From assembly GCF_009914755.1 (NCBI RefSeq), contig NC_060928.1: a stretch of DNA of 64,000 nucleotides; one strand, written 5' to 3'. The notes beneath the pieces were generated by a model, which saw nothing but the letters and a program-made list of their open reading frames with translations, did no database searches and was not told the origin of the DNA. Of the stretch, positions 1 through 16,265 are shown piece by piece (positions within the stretch are counted from its first letter, which is position 1; every line of letters starts with the position of its first letter). Made by a program: the position numbers and the translations under genes. The DNA is from the human T2T-CHM13v2.0 reference genome, Homo sapiens.

Positions 1-1099
1 GTGAGTAATTCAAAAAAATGAGTGAATCATTTTTCTTCCTAGGAGTTTTGTTTATCCTGTCTCAAACTTTTATCATCATAAGTAAGGTTTGCATTTTCTT
101 CAGAAGAGTCTTATTCTGACAAATACTCATTGAAAGGTTATAAGAAAGCAGGGGGAGGATGTCATAATTTTATAGAGGAAAAAAATGCAATGAAAATGAC
201 TTATGTTCCTTCAGCAGATATCTGATCCCTGAGAGTATCATTCAAACCATTTGATCCTGCTGAAAACCTATGGCCTTCATAAATCTTTCCTGTTATAAGG
301 AACAACTTCACTTATTCTACCATGCTTAACAGAGTTGTTAAATCACTTCTCATCACGTCTTATCCCTAAGAGAGAGAATTATGTTATTTTAGTGCATTTT
401 ATATGTGCTTTTATTGTTTTGTAGGTTAAGTTACAGTAATTTTTGTTTCTGCTCTCTAGCCCACGGCCCTTGATTTTTTTTTATTTTGTACTTTCCTTGG
501 GTTCCATATTGTTCTGTTTTTAAATATTGACATTTGACTCTATAATTTAATATCCTGAAAGACAGCCAAATCCCATAAACTATTGGGAACTATTAAAGAT
601 TTATAAGCCAAATTTAGAATAAGGATAATGACAATGTGAAAAAATAAAAGGGAAGAAAGTAAATATAGGAAACAGAGGTAGAGAAAATGTAATTTGCTAT
701 TTAGAATATCGAATAGAACATTCAGAGAAATTAACAAGAAAAGAAGACAAATAAATAAAAAAAACAAGGAGAGAAAGGATAGGGAGAAAAGGCATATGAT
801 GTAAAGTTACTTGAGTTTTGAGTTAAGAATAAAATAAATTCTCAAGTAATTGGTATAATGTAATGCAAAGTTTATGGAAAATTGAGACATTATTTTTTTT
901 TCTCAAGAAGGATGCAACTTCTGCTTTTTAATTTATTTGAGAAAAAAGCGATAGTAAAAACAAAACAGTGGTAAGAAAGCAATTGTCAGTTTTCTGGGGA
1001 ATGTTGACTATATCAGGTTCAATAGTTTTCAGAGAACTTTTCAATCAACTAATAAAATGGTATGAGTCTTTACAGGAAAGTGGGTAAGAATAACTACAC

Positions 1100-1870
1100 A
1101 TTCACTTATTTATTCATTTATATACTCAATGAACATATTTGTTTATTAGACGTTATATAAAGTATGAGGATATAAGGATCAATATATCCCCAAGCAAATA
1201 AGTGATTATTGTACATCAAATCTGGGAGAAAACCATATTGATTAAAAGAGAGGTGATTATGGATATATTTTGAAGTTATAGCCAACACATTCTGATGAAT
1301 TGGATGTGGGACATGTGTGAATCAAGTCATGGGTAATATTCAGAATTTTGGTGTAACAATAAGACAGATAGAGGTGCCCTCAATTAAAATCAGGAAATAT
1401 GTTTTTAACATGGTGAGATATTTATTTAGATATTTAATTTCATAAGATATGTTGATTAGGCAGTAAGACATAGATTAAATTTGGGAAAAGATGTAATCTG
1501 GAGAGAGAAATTTGTGGATCTTTCATATAGAGAAAGTATTCAAATCTATGAAAATAGATGAGATTACTAAGGAAATAAAGGCATAGACAAGAAAACTAAG
1601 TACTAATCCTTGTGGCACTCCAAAATTAAGAGGTTGAAGATAAAAGAAGAAGTGAGTACAGTAAGCTGAAGAGGAGAAGCCAGTATGACCAAAAAACAAA
1701 GAATCCCAGAAGAGCACTTTCTCCTTGAAGCCTGGTGAAGCAATTTTATAAAGCAAGCAGGAGTGATAAATTTAAAGTGTTGAATGCCAATTTGTTAAAT
1801 GAGATGAAGATTGAAAATAAATATCCTCAAGAGATGCACATTAAGGTACAAAGAATAGTGAAATAATGGT
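1100..1870 (-). mobile_element. L2 (LINE-2) relic, degenerate
   Basis: TTCA/TTTATTCA-type L2 3' end near 1100-1160, then L2-like motifs (ggatatattttgaag...gaattggatgtgg; gatgagattactaagg; aagtgttgaatgcc...aaatgagatgaagattgaaaa). Boundaries approximate. Confidence 0.65.
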
Positions 1871-2943
1871 AGTATAATATATTGATGATTCTAACAGATT
1901 TTTGGAACTGATGTACCAAAGATTAAGTTAGACATTTTGAGGAAAGTGATTAGGAAGTAGGATAGATAAACCTAACAGTAAGGACATCAGCAGTGGTGGG
2001 TTATATAAACTATATATAAGCCACATACGGCATTTTGTTCTAACTAGCCATTAGAAATATGAATATATTAACCAAGCTCTTTCAAAGCGAATATTTCCTG
2101 TAATATGAAAAGGGAAATGAATTTTTAAATTGTGAAGATTTCATGTTACAATTCATAAGAGCAACAGTGTGACGGTCCAGGCAGAGATCAAAGAACACCA
2201 TTGATTGTGGGGTGACAGAGGTGCATAATTTGAACTCTCACTTATCCTCCTCTTGTGGATGAACACATTTTTTTCAACTAAGTGTCAGTTGAGTGTCTTT
2301 CTCCCTCTGTATATATATTTGTGTATATATACACACACAGAGAGAGCTATGCAAGATAAAGAAAAGAAGCATATATTGACCAGCAATTAGGATTTGATTA
2401 TGTACCTTGATCAAAGTCTCCACTATTCTTAGGATACAAAGCCAGGGAGGCAGTGAAAGCCTTTGCATAATGAGGCTCATTCTTCCAGGAAAAAGGGAAC
2501 TGCTACCCTAAATGCTTCCTGAATGTCAATTCAAGAAGACAGGATATCATGACTAGATATTGCCCTATCCTAAATCTCATAACAGGGAAAAGAAAATAAA
2601 ATAAAAAAGGGAAAAATCTGCGTTGTTAACATAATTTCAAGTACAAAGAGGATGAAGTTTCTTGTTTTGACATCATCAGAGTTGACCATTAAACTGTGGA
2701 AGGTCCTTAGGAATCCAGACATCATTTTACAGTGTGATGCAGTGTGTTCTAATGGAACTGTTACTTTGCAGCTTGAGTGTGTCACCCCACTCAGCAGTGG
2801 CAGTCCACAGAACTGTACTTGTTATGATTACTGAGTGGATGAGCATACCTAAGATTCTGCAAGGGCAGAACCGATGTAAAATCTATGGATTCCATTACTC
2901 TTGCAGGGAAATATTTCTCCTCTAGACAACCAGACTTCCCCAC

Positions 2944-3375
2944 TGATAGGATTTGCATCTGTGTCCCTAGCCAAATCTCATGTGGAATTGGAATTGGAAT
3001 CCCTAATGTTGAAGGTGGAGCCTAGTGTGGAGTGATGGGAGCATGGGGTTGGTTTCTCATGAATGGTGTGGCACCATCTTTCTAGGTACTGTCCTTGTGG
3101 CAGTGAGTTCTCATGACATTTGGCTGTTTAAATGTGTGTGGCATCTTCCCCCTCTCTCTTGCTCCTGCTTCCACCATGTGAGAAGAGATACTTTGCTCCC
3201 CCTTGGCCTTCTGCCATAATTGTAAATTTTCTAAGGCCTCTGCAGAATCCAAGCAGATGCCAGCATTATTCTTCCTGTACAGCCTGCAGAAACATGACAC
3301 AATTAAACCTCTTTTCTTCATAAACTCCCCTGTCTTAGATATTATTTTATAGCAGTGTAAGAACAGATAAATACA
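2944..3375 (+). mobile_element. MaLR solo LTR, MSTA-like
   Basis: Starts tgataggatttgcatctgtgtccc...aaatctcatg, contains aattaaacctcttttcttcataaa, ends aataca; resembles recalled MST consensus. Confidence 0.88.
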
Positions 3376-4061
3376 CCAAATCCTAGGCACCTTGGTGGAA
3401 ATATAATCTGAGTTTCTGGGATAATTCAAGTGTTTTAGAAGAGGATAATAATAAGAAGATATTTTTATTTTACTGTGACGATCTAAAAAAACGTGACTAG
3501 GTTTTATGTTGACTTCTTAGGGCAGTTCATATGTCACACTTAGTAAAGTTCTAAACAATTATAAATTTATTATTTTGATTTATGCTTAATTGTTTACATG
3601 TGTTATTTTTCTACTTGGAGAGTGTCCATTGCATATTCAACTGTGAATCCTCATTATCTAACACAGTGGCGAACACTTACAAGACCATTAATTGAAATTC
3701 CTTTAGTGGGCTCAAAGGTTACAGCTCTCTTGATTCTCACCTACACTCAGCCACTGGAGTCTAGACTTTAGCACTGTTACATAGAACTGTCTCTAAGGTA
3801 TTTAAAGAGGTAACCACATGCTGAGTTAGAATTTGTGTTTTCAAGTAATTAACTTATAATTGAATTCATAAATTATTTATTAAATAGGTGAATTTCTAAG
3901 TTTAGAAAAACAGAAATAGATTTTTTAATAGCCTACAACTTGGCATTTTAACTTGAAAACAATTAATAGATAGGAAAATGTATACCAAGCAGACAGCTGA
4001 GACATGTTATATTCAAAATTTCATTAATATATTGCTTTGAAAGCACTTTATTTTTTATTTT

Positions 4062-4381
<320 letters not shown>

Positions 4382-4459
4382 CTAGCATTATTTTAATTAT
4401 AAAATGGATGATAAAAGTTTATGATGAAGTAATGGGATTTATTTCTATAAAAATGAATG

Positions 4460-5355
4460 GCATAACTCTTAAAACACCACAAGAAAACAAACAACCAAAA
4501 TAAATAATAGGCAAAAGATAGGAAGAGACATCTCAGCAAAGAAGTTATATAGGTGATAAATAAGCATATGTAAAGATGCTCAACATCATAAGTCATCAGG
4601 GAATTGTGAATTAAAACAACAATCAGGTATCATATGCATCTATTAAAATGGCTGAAGTCCAAAATACTAACAACACCGAATACTGATAAGGATGTGGAAC
4701 ACCAGAAAGGCTCATTCATTGCTGGTGTCCACAGAAAAGACTGCACAAAAGAGTTTATATCAATTTTACTCATCAGTGCCAAAAGTTGGAAGCAACCAAG
4801 GTATTCTTCAGTAGTGGAATGAATAAACTGTGGTATATCCAAAAAGGTATGAATAAACTTTAATTGCATATTGCCAAGTGAAAAAAGCCAATCTGAAAAG
4901 ACTGCAAATTGTATGAGTCCAATTATATGATATTTGGAAAGGGCAAAATTATGGAGATGATAAAAAGATCAGTAATTGCCAGAGTTTTTCAGGGAGGGAA
5001 GGACGGAGGGATAAATAGATAGGGCAATGGGTATGTTTGGAACATTGAAATTATTATGTATGATACTGTAATCGTGCACACATGCAGTTACATATTTGTA
5101 AAAACTCATTGAATGTACAACACAAAGAGTGACCCCAATGTAAATTATGAAATTTAGTTAATAATAATGTATCAATGTTGTCTAATTAATTCTTACAAAT
5201 GTACCACACAAGTGCAATACAATAATAATAGGGAGATAGTACGGGGCAGGGGAGATAAGAGAGATATGGGAACTCTATGAACTTCACACTAAAATTTTAC
5301 TGTGAACCTAAAACTCCATTTAAGTTTATTAAAAAACAAAGTCTATTAATTTAAC
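4460..5355 (+). mobile_element. Old L1 (L1MC/L1MD-type) ORF2 3' end plus 3' UTR
   Basis: Degenerate ORF2 C-terminal sequence (aagcatatgtaaagatgctcaacatca...aaggatgtggaac), then L1MC-type UTR (tgtatgatactgtaat, tatgggaactctatg, tgtgaacctaaaact). Confidence 0.85.
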
Positions 5356-5622
5356 GAAGTGAATAAAGTCACTTTCTGCCGCTTAAAAATTAATATGGAT
5401 TATGAGAGTGAGTAGAGAATTGTATTCTTATTATAATACACACATACATATCAGTAGTTCAGGTTGGTTTTATTGAGCTCATGTGTAAGTCCTAAAACTG
5501 GGAAACAGAAAATTTAAAACAGTCTAAGTAGTGGAAGATGAGTAAAGTCTGGACAACAGTCAAATATTTCACTAGCAAGTAAGTATTTTGGAGAGCATAT
5601 TAATCTGTCCTGGCTTTGCTGA

Positions 5623-5919
<297 letters not shown>

Positions 5920-7687
5920 TAATCTGATTAAAATATTTTGCCATGGAGCTGGCTGTTAAGTGTGCTGCTCTGGGACTAAACAGTTGAAGTGAATGTATGA
6001 CTTCTTGACCAAAACCGAAAGTTACATTAACCTGAATAGTTTCATAATTGTGAAACACAAAAATGACTCTTGTTTAAATTACCCAGTGATATTGGTATTT
6101 TAGTTCAGTCTCATTTTGCAGAAATTTGAATTGTGTGAGTGTGTAGTTACATGTCTGTGTGCTAGAGGCCTAGGAGTTATGAACCTTTCATGAATAATAA
6201 TAACAATAACCAAAGTAAACTGAATTTTAGAAATATAGTCTTATGAATAGAGGTAATTGCGGAAATAGGAAGAAAGACACAGATAATCTATAACATAAAA
6301 TAGCTATTAAATGTAATGTAATATTTAATATAAAATGTAAGATATAGTACTCTATTCTAGATATAATTATAAAATTTAATTTGTAATTTATAATATATGG
6401 TAATACACAGTACCATTTAATATTACAGATAATATACAATATATAAATCGCTGTATGAGTATATAAACATATATACCGCATATATTATATACTACATGCT
6501 TACAATTTTTTTCTATCAATGGGGTATTTACTAGGGAAAATTAGATTTAGAGTATTTGCTATTGGCTCTACCAATCTCCAGTAAAAGCTACAGGCAGCTA
6601 TTGGGTAAATATTATCACATAGTTCACAACTGTTAGTCTTTCTTTTCAACATCCTACAATGTGATACCTCATCTAAAGTGTCTGTTTCTCTGCCTTAGTA
6701 GTTATAGATTTCACATCTCATTTGGTTTCATAGAATCCATTCACTGAAACCAGTAAAAAGACATATCGTAGAGGCTCCAACAATTCTTAAGTCATTGATG
6801 TGAATATCACTACATTTCCCAAACCTTTTTGCATGAACTGTAAACCAACTCTTTTCCATATTTCACTATGGCAATCAGCTGCCTCAAATGCTCTTTGTGG
6901 CAGATGAGGTCTATATTATAAATTCATGAATCCATAATTAAATTTAAATGCAAAATTTTAATGATCTTAATTATCAGAATATAAAAATTTCTAACCACTA
7001 TTTTTTTCTAGTAAGTTACAAACGTTCTTTCAACCTCTAATCTTATTGTGGACTTAAGTGAGTGCCCCCTTTTAATAAACTAGATTATAAACTCTTTGAG
7101 TATGATAATCACAGATTCTTAGCTTTACATATAATTTTTCATTTCGGTTTTCCTGCTATTATACTCAATGTAGCATTTCAAGAAAATTTTAATTTTTAGA
7201 ATTTCAGTAAAATGAAAGTTCAACCATTTTTAAAATATGTTGAAATTTAATTTTAAATTTTAAACAGCAAGGAAAAGCATAGATGTAGTTGTATAAATTC
7301 ATATATGTAACTACATATGCAAAAAGAATAATCTGTTTAGCCAGTCAGAGCCCTGCTGTAAAAAATTATAAATATTTAACAAATATACTTACTAGCTAAA
7401 TAGTAACTGCTAGAGAAATGCTATTAATCTTATTAAAACTATTTATGGGGAAATATTACTCATCTTATTTGATAAAAATGTAGAATTTTCAACAGCCTCC
7501 AGAGCATCATTTGATGACAATCATCATCACTCAAATCCAACAGATATTGACTCTCATGCATTAGGAGCATATAGCTCCTACATACTGACACATTATTTAT
7601 AAGTTTGACAGAAACGTAGGAGAGAGGACAATATCTTAGGTGTTTATGAGAAAAAGGCAGTCATTTTAGAGATAGACCAGCAACATT

Positions 7688-7754
7688 TTCTTGTCTTGTT
7701 AAGAGAAAATATATTCTTGTCTAAGTTAAGAGAAAATGAATTCTTGTCTAAGTT
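7688..7754. repeat. 27-bp tandem duplication (about 2.4 copies)
   Basis: gttaagagaaaatatattcttgtctaa (7698-7724) and gttaagagaaaatgaattcttgtctaa (7725-7751), 25/27 identical. Confidence 0.85.
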
Positions 7755-8205
7755 TTCAAAAATACAGTCATTTGGCTTCTCCTACTTTGTACATCATTCT
7801 CATACAGAGAAAAGAATAGCAAAAATGTCTTCAGAATTCATTGGGGTACAAATAATGAAGAAATTCAAAGGACTATTTGAATTCCTTTCTAGATGTTACC
7901 TTGATAAGTTATAATGTTACCTTAAGGAAAAAATTAGACATTTTAGGGGTTAGTTTATATTTAATTACACCTATAATTTTGTGTTGACAAAGCCAAGGCC
8001 AAAAGGTATTTTTTTCTAAAATATTCAAATATACAGAAAGTGATTTGATGAATTTCTAGAAATGTCATGGAGCATATTTATAAAGAACTCATTTGAAAAT
8101 ACCATTCATTAATTTTTGTGTTTCAAATCTCCAACCCCACAATTTGGTACCCCTGGCTCACTGAATATCTTTATTGGAATTATGCAACAGATAAGAAAAA
8201 CTCTC

Positions 8206-8586
8206 TACATTAGTCTGTTCTCACACTGCTATTAAGAACATATTTGAGACTGGGTAATTTATGAAGAAAAGACATTTAATTGACTCATAGTTCCACAGGC
8301 TATACAGGAGCTGGGGAGGCCTCAGGAAACTTACGATCATGGCAGAAGACAAAACGGAAGCAAGCATGTCTTCTCGTGGCTGGCAGGAGGAAGAAGCAGC
8401 GTGAAGTGGGAGGTGATGCACACTTTCAAACAACTAGATCTTGTTAGAACTCACTCACTGTCACAAGAACAGCAAGGGGGAATCTGCCCCCATAGTGCAA
8501 TGACCTCCCACCAGATCCCTTCCCCAACACTGGGGATTACAATTCAACATGAGATTTGAGTGGGGACACAGAGTCAAACCCTATCA
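8206..8586 (-). mobile_element. MaLR solo LTR, MSTA-like
   Basis: tacattagtctgttctcacactgctat...gagactgggtaatttatgaagaaaaga...ggggacacagagtcaaaccctatca; flanks ctctc/gtctc (4/5 TSD). Confidence 0.9.
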
Positions 8587-9052
8587 GTCTCCTTCAATGT
8601 AATATACCTCCATTCATTCTTCAGGCCCCAAAGGTGCTACCTACTTCAGGCAGACAAAATTATGTGCAGCCTTGTTCATTCTTTCCTATCTATGCTTTTT
8701 ATGTAGGTGTTCATTTATCCATATATCTATTTATTTGATAAATATTTTTAAGGTTTCTTTTATATGACTTCTTGTTTTAAAGTTTGGGTATACCATACAT
8801 CACCATGCAATGAGGATAAAATCCATTTACATTTCCAAAGAAGTTACTATACCTAGAATAATTTTTTGGTTCATTGTTTGAAATTCGTCTACTTTAGACT
8901 GACTTGATTTGCTTTATTTTGGTAAACACTTTGTAAGAATCACTGTGTCCATGATAATGCTTTATGTACTATGCTTTTGAACATAATAAAGAATGGCATA
9001 AACTCCACCACTGAATGAAGATATGAAATAATTGGTTGCTAAGGCTATAGAC

Positions 9053-9373
9053 CAGGGGTAGAAAAACATTTGTTTTACAAGTCCAGATAAAAAATGGAGT
9101 TTGTGAGCCATATTGTCTTTATCCTAATTGTTCAGCTGCACTCTTGTAGTTTAAAAAGAATTATAGAAAATATAAAAAATGAGCATGGCTGTGTTCCAGT
9201 AAAACTTTACGGACACAGAAATTTGAATTTCATATAATTTTTTTGAGTCACAAAATATGCATCTCCTTTTCATCCATTTTAAACTCCTTAAAATGCAAAA
9301 CCATTCTCAGCTTGTGAGCTATATAAAAACAAGTGATGGACTGGATTTGATCTTCAAGCTGTAGTTTGCTAAC
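9053..9373 (+). mobile_element. hAT-Charlie DNA transposon relic, MER58B-like
   Basis: Starts cagggg; contains gagcatggctgtgttccagtaaaacttta, gaaatttgaatttcatataatt and ggactggatttga...tgtagtttgct. Confidence 0.8.
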
Positions 9374-10358
9374 AATTTAGACATGTTGCATATGTTATAA
9401 AAATATTAAAGATGTTTATATAATTCCAAGGCACATAAAAACATAATATAAAACATTTAAAAATGCATTATTGTTTGAGTTAGATAGATTCTTAGAGGAA
9501 GTGAGAAGATCTGGCACTTAAAGTATATAATTAGGAATAGAGAACAAAAAATTGGAAAACATATATAGATGCAAGTTCTTAAGTAAAGGGTCAAAAACAA
9601 GAATGAATGTAGTGTAACTTTGTTATTTGGAACTTATAACTTTTGATTTGAATTTTGACATTGCTTACCAATAATCTCTCAATTTTTATTGTACTATTTT
9701 TTTGTAGCTCATATTGAGTGATAAAATGCTCATTTTAATAGTTTAACATTAAACTTGAATACAATGTTTCCAGTACATGATATCAACATCCTCAATTTCC
9801 AACAATTTCTAATTACTTTTAATACTCTTCTGAGGTGGAATTTTGGGACAAATAATCCCCATTTGGCATTGGCATCAATAATATTACACTTCTTTTATAA
9901 CTTTAAAATGAAAACAAGCTGACTTAGCAAATAAAAATTGTGTCTTTAATATCACATCTTGCACAAAAGCTGTGTGTTTATGTCTCCAGAACCAACCATT
10001 TTTATGGGAAGAAAAACTCATTGCAATTGTGTGGCCATAATAAAATTAATCAATGAATTAAGAGAAGTTTACCTAAAATCTGACTACACCACCATGCGAG
10101 CAAATAAAATATAAAATATGGGCCTCCTCAAGACACCAGTATTTACATTTGTGTATTACAGATCATCATGATAAAAGGCTTTAACTTAAGCATCTCAAAT
10201 TTTTTGGTGCAGGCTGTAAAATAATATTTTCTCAGAAATTAATAGCAATGCTAGCTTTAATGTTATAAATGTGTTTGGTAGAATCATATTTGGACATATG
10301 TCTCCAGGCTGATACATATTGAAAGCAGAAAGATAGCAAATGGTTTATATTTTAAAAC

Positions 10359-10731
10359 CGTTATAGTTTGAATGTTTGTGTCCCACTAAAATTTATGTTG
10401 AAACTTAATCCCCAAGGCAACAGATTTAACAGGTAGTGAGTTTACAAGGTTATTAGATTATTAGGGCTCCTCCTTTGTGAATAAGATTAAGGCCCTCTTA
10501 AAAGAGGCCTCATGCAGCATCTGACTCTCTTGCCCTTCCACCTTCTGCCATGTGAGGACACACAGTTCCTCTCCTCCAGATGATGTAGCCCTCACCACAC
10601 AACCCAATCTGCTGACACCTATTGATCTTAGACTTTCTAGCCTGCAGAAATGTGAGAAAATAAATTTCTGTTCTTTATAAATTACTCAGTCTTATATATT
10701 TTGTTATAGCAGCACAAAATGGAGTAAGACA
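10359..10731 (+). mobile_element. MaLR solo LTR, MSTC/MSTD-like
   Basis: gttatagtttgaatgtttgtgtccc...tgttgaaacttaatcccc...aataaatttctgttctttataaattac...gcagcacaaaatggagtaagaca. Confidence 0.88.
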
Positions 10732-11393
10732 GAAATGCATCCCTAAAGTATAATAATGGATAGAATTCCTGCCCTCAAAAAACATTTTACTTAAGTAAAG
10801 GCTGTAAACAAGGAATTAAACTGTTTTGCGAGACTTCAGATCCATACAGCCTGATACAAGACTCCACATTCTTCACCACGGCGTAAAATATTTATCACTC
10901 AAGAGAAGGAAGTTATAACAAGTCATTCACCTTCTGTAATTTTTCCTACTGAAATACTTACATTGCAGACATCCTGAGAATTTGCTGTAGGTAGTAGTTA
11001 ATTTGATAACTTTTGCTTCATTTACATTTAAAATTTTATTTACATTGAGGTATAAATATTTTGAAATCTATATAAGATAACATCAATGTAAAAATTGAAA
11101 AATGGTCTTGGTAGAAAGAGCAAATTTTTAATAAAATGTTGAGTAACTTAAAAAACACAATATTATGAGAACATATTTTAATAACCCTGGTGTTTTACTA
11201 GGAATTGAAAACAAAACTCCTTGGTGACATAGTTGTCTTGGTGGTACAGGGAAACTCCCTCTGTAACACTGGGGGTTCTGTGTCACAGGGATACTGAATT
11301 ACTATCCATCTTCTTACTAGCTGGCAGCTGGTGGTCATGTAGGCTAAATGTCCAAAGTCTTACTGTGTCATAATACATCCAGCTTGAGGCAAA

Positions 11394-11776
11394 TGTATTA
11401 CTCCGTTTTCATACTGCTATAAAGCACTGCCCAAGACTGGGTAATTTATAAAGAAAAGAGGTTTAATTTAATCACAGTTCAGCATGGCTGGGGAGGCCTC
11501 AGGAAACTTACAATCATGGCAGAAGGTGAAAAAGAAATAAGGCACCTTCTTCACAAGACAGCAGGAAGAAGAAGTGCTGAGCGAAGGGGGAAGAGCCCCT
11601 TATAAATCCATCAGATCTCATGAGAACTCACTATCACAACAATGGCATGAGAGGAACTGTCCCCATGATTCAATTATGTCCATCTGGTCTCTCCCTTGAC
11701 ACTTGGAGATTATAAGAATTATGAGGATTACAATTCAAGATGAGATTTTGGTGGGGACACAAGGCAAACCATATCA
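11394..11776 (-). mobile_element. MaLR solo LTR, THE1D-like
   Basis: tgtattactccgttttcatactgctataaag...ggtggggacacaaggcaaaccatatca; flanks gcaaa/acaaa (4/5 TSD). Confidence 0.92.
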
Positions 11777-13325
11777 ACAAATAATGCAAACATTTTGAGA
11801 TTTTGTGATTTTGCTACTCATATAGTTATCAATGCACTGGTCTGAACCATTTTTTCTTACTTTCCTTCTTATGCAAATATAATGCTTTCTCAAAAAAATT
11901 ATAAGTATCAAAAATGATTTTATTTTAACTACAATATTAACATGTAGCAAGTATATTCATTCATGTATGTATTAGTAATGTATTTCCTCAAAAATAGATG
12001 TTTCTTACTGATGTATGCAAGTGTATCTGATGAGTATATCTGAATGAAAATTTAAATTACAGAAACATGGCTCCAATAATTATTACCAACAATTCTGAAT
12101 CAGTCTGGTCTGAAATTATTTTTCAAGTGTTCTAGAGCTCCAAGGAGATGCCTACATTTTAGGTGAGTTTTATATTACTTCATAGTCACTGCCTCATATT
12201 CTCTTCATAATGTTGTCTTCAGTCTTTCTTTTTCCAATACATTATATGCTGCATATAAACTACATATAATTATTATATTATGTAATTATATGTTTATGTG
12301 AAATGCGTATATAATTTAATACAAATGTTACTTTATACTGAATCACTAGATTGTTCATCCACAGTTCCACTTTAAGTACATTTCAGAAAGTGTTTTAACA
12401 GCCAAACCTCTTGTGAAAATGGTCTAAATATGGAGTTTTCATTGAGTACTCTGAAGAGACCTCTTTAGATTTTCTAATTGAGTGCCAAGTGGGCATGAAC
12501 TGGGTCTAATTGTTCTTCACAACATTTAGTGCGTTGTTGATGCTCAAAGCATCTTTAAATAATGACAGTAGTAACAATGTTCCCCGGCCTCCAATAGAAT
12601 GATCCCTCCCTTGCTATTTTCTCTCTGCTGGGTACATTGCAAGACTCAGTCTCACAGTCCAAACTATTTGGATTGAGGCTCTTTGTTTCCCTACTTTGGC
12701 ATTGTTCTTTCACTATATTTGTTGGTATAAATTTCTTCCACCCAAGAGCTATGGGAACTGGCTTGTCTCTATGCCATCCTTAACTTCTAAAAAATACCTT
12801 ACAGCAAACCCATCCAAAAGTTAATAATTTTTATTATTCTGATCAGGAAATCCATAGTTAGAAGGAAAAAAATACAGGTTTTTCTTTTCTCAAAGTAGAA
12901 AAAAGTCACCAAATGAAACCTGGAGGTTTTATTCAGCTCCAGTGTCTCAGAATGTTATTTAATTTCTATGCCCAGTGTTATAAATCACAGAGACATTTAT
13001 CTTTCCATTCCAATAGATCAGCAGAAAGCTGAAGGGAAGCTTATAAATTATTGCAAATTCCCAATAGTTTCACTGTAATAAACCTTCACCCACTAAAAAT
13101 CTCTATTGCTTTCTTCCACAATTCAACGTGATTGCATTATCTAACTTAAGCAATAGGTGCTGAAATATGATAATAGTATTAATTATTTTATTTTATTACT
13201 TAAGGATAATGTAATAAGTAGTATTTCTAGAAAGCTCATTCTTATTTCAAAATTTAAATATTTTTATTTTTTATTTTACATATTAAAAAGACCTACATAT
13301 ATCCTTTGCAGAAACTAACAGAATG

Positions 13326-13329
<4 letters not shown>

Positions 13330-13357
<28 letters not shown>
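13330..13357. repeat. (CA)n microsatellite
   Basis: Uninterrupted CA run. Confidence 0.95.
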
Positions 13358-13829
13358 CAAATAACACACATATTTATATGCCTCCTCAAAGTTGTAACAA
13401 AAAGGTAAAAGTCATTTAATTCTTCCATGCTGTTGTCATGCAATTCAAACTTCTATCCTATCAGAATGAAAACCTACTCCATGAACTCAACTTGCAGGCT
13501 TACAACAAGGCTTGTACAGGTATGTGGATTAAGAAAAATGAGGCTTTATCTCATTTAGAGTAGATGGTTAAAGAATATATTTCATACTACTCAAAGTATT
13601 GCTGGAATTATTAATAGTTAGTTCATTCCCAGGATTCACACAAATCTTGTCCCCATTCAGTCACCTGTCATCTTTTTAGGTAGTGAGAAAAATGAACATG
13701 AAGAAAATACATTTAGTAAAATGAAACTATTCTTGCTGGCAGGCACTTAAACTCCAGACCCCAATATAATCCTCTGGTGATGCAGAATAAAGCAGGTGGA
13801 AAACTCTATATTAGATTAATTGCAATGAG

Positions 13830-14037
13830 AATAACTAATATTTATTTAATATGTTCCAGATGCTCTAAGGCATTTTATACTTCATTTCATCTTTACAGCA
13901 AGTACATGAAGTGTTATTGTCACTGTTTTACAGGTAAGGAAACTGAGACTAAAGAGATTAGTTGACTTGTACAAGATTACCTTGCATAGGTAATAAATGC
14001 AACATCTAATTCAAGTAGTCAGATGCTAGGTCTGTGC
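13830..14037 (-). mobile_element. MIR SINE relic
   Basis: MIR core ttttacaggtaaggaaactgagactaaagagattagttgacttg. Confidence 0.8.
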
Positions 14038-14421
14038 AGACAATTCAGAGAAATGGTTGACATATCTTTAATACCTAAAAAAGCTTAGCAGTTTCCTTTG
14101 CTTTTTATGCAATAAGTCTATATCAATATTGGAGTCCTCTGTGTCTTATCCCTCTGATACAAAAATATGTCCCAGGTAAACCACTGAGACCTACATCATG
14201 CTAAAGGACATTTATTCCAATAAAGGAGAATTGATTCTTATTCTGCCATTACTCCTTTTACTAAGTCTTATTGTGCAAGTAATACTTTTGCAGTTGACAC
14301 TTTCTTTTCTGTGTTTTTTTATATGGATGTACAGTTAGGAAAGAATAATTCTAGATAATGAGCTAGAGGGAGAAAATGACGAGTTGCCTTAAGTTGTTCC
14401 ATGTAACCAAAAACTATCTCA

Positions 14422-14894
<473 letters not shown>

Positions 14895-15834
14895 GCAGTT
14901 ACGTCACACAATTGTATGGGACACATCAACTTCATTATACATTCGTTTTTTGAGGTGCTGACATAGAAAAAAAAACCCAAGTAATTATGTTCTGATTACT
15001 TAAGGAAACAGAATCCTCGATACTCTCTTTTTTCTTTTGTTAGTCTTATTATTGTTATCATTATTATGTAAATGATGTACTTAATCAGGAGAAGCAGATA
15101 TGGTTTAAAAAATCAGGGCAATTTGGTATATTTATTTGGTTATGAACTTTTTGGCTCCCTCCACAGAAAAGTTGCACTGCAGTCTTCCAAGAATATTGTA
15201 TTTGAATAACAGAGAAAGAATAAATGAGGTCTGGAAAGAGTCCAGTTCAAAATAAGTTACCAGATATTTCTTCTTCTGGCAGAAATCCAATATTAAGCCT
15301 AATTGCAAAGGAGAAATTTAGAAGTGGTTAGAGGAATACCATAGACTAGAAATAGAAATAGATGAGTCAATCTTGACTCTAATGAAAATCAGAATCTAAT
15401 TTGAGAAATAGGAAAACACAAATTAAAAAAACCTACTTTTTTTAAGTTTTGGAGGAATCAGGTTAGCAGTCTATTAGTTCATTCAATTTCTGCCTTTATG
15501 CTATTCATCTTCTTATAAATAGAAGGCTGTCTGAGAAATAAGACTGAGGGAGAATTTTCTGATATGCGATATTATTTTAATATTTTGCCTGCTAAAGTGA
15601 AGTCACAAACTACAACGCAGGGAATGATTGTTAAGGTGCCTGTATCTCCTAGATCCATTATCTCCCCCAAAACAAATTTGTCAAGGGCTTATCTGTGTTT
15701 GGTGTTGAATAAGAAGATTTGAGAGACAGTTGGAAATAGCAGATAAAGAGTGTTAGACATAGGAAACATCATTGTCTGGAAGGCTTAGCTCTCTTCCACA
15801 CTTAACGTGAGAAGAGAATCAAGAACTCCTTTCT

Positions 15835-16265
<431 letters not shown>

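Noticed and set aside
2652-2834. 60-aa ORF with a WD40-like TIKLWKV motif
   Set aside because: Single short motif, no further repeats, no exon or processed-pseudogene hallmarks; probably chance. A tBLASTn/BLASTx search would settle it.
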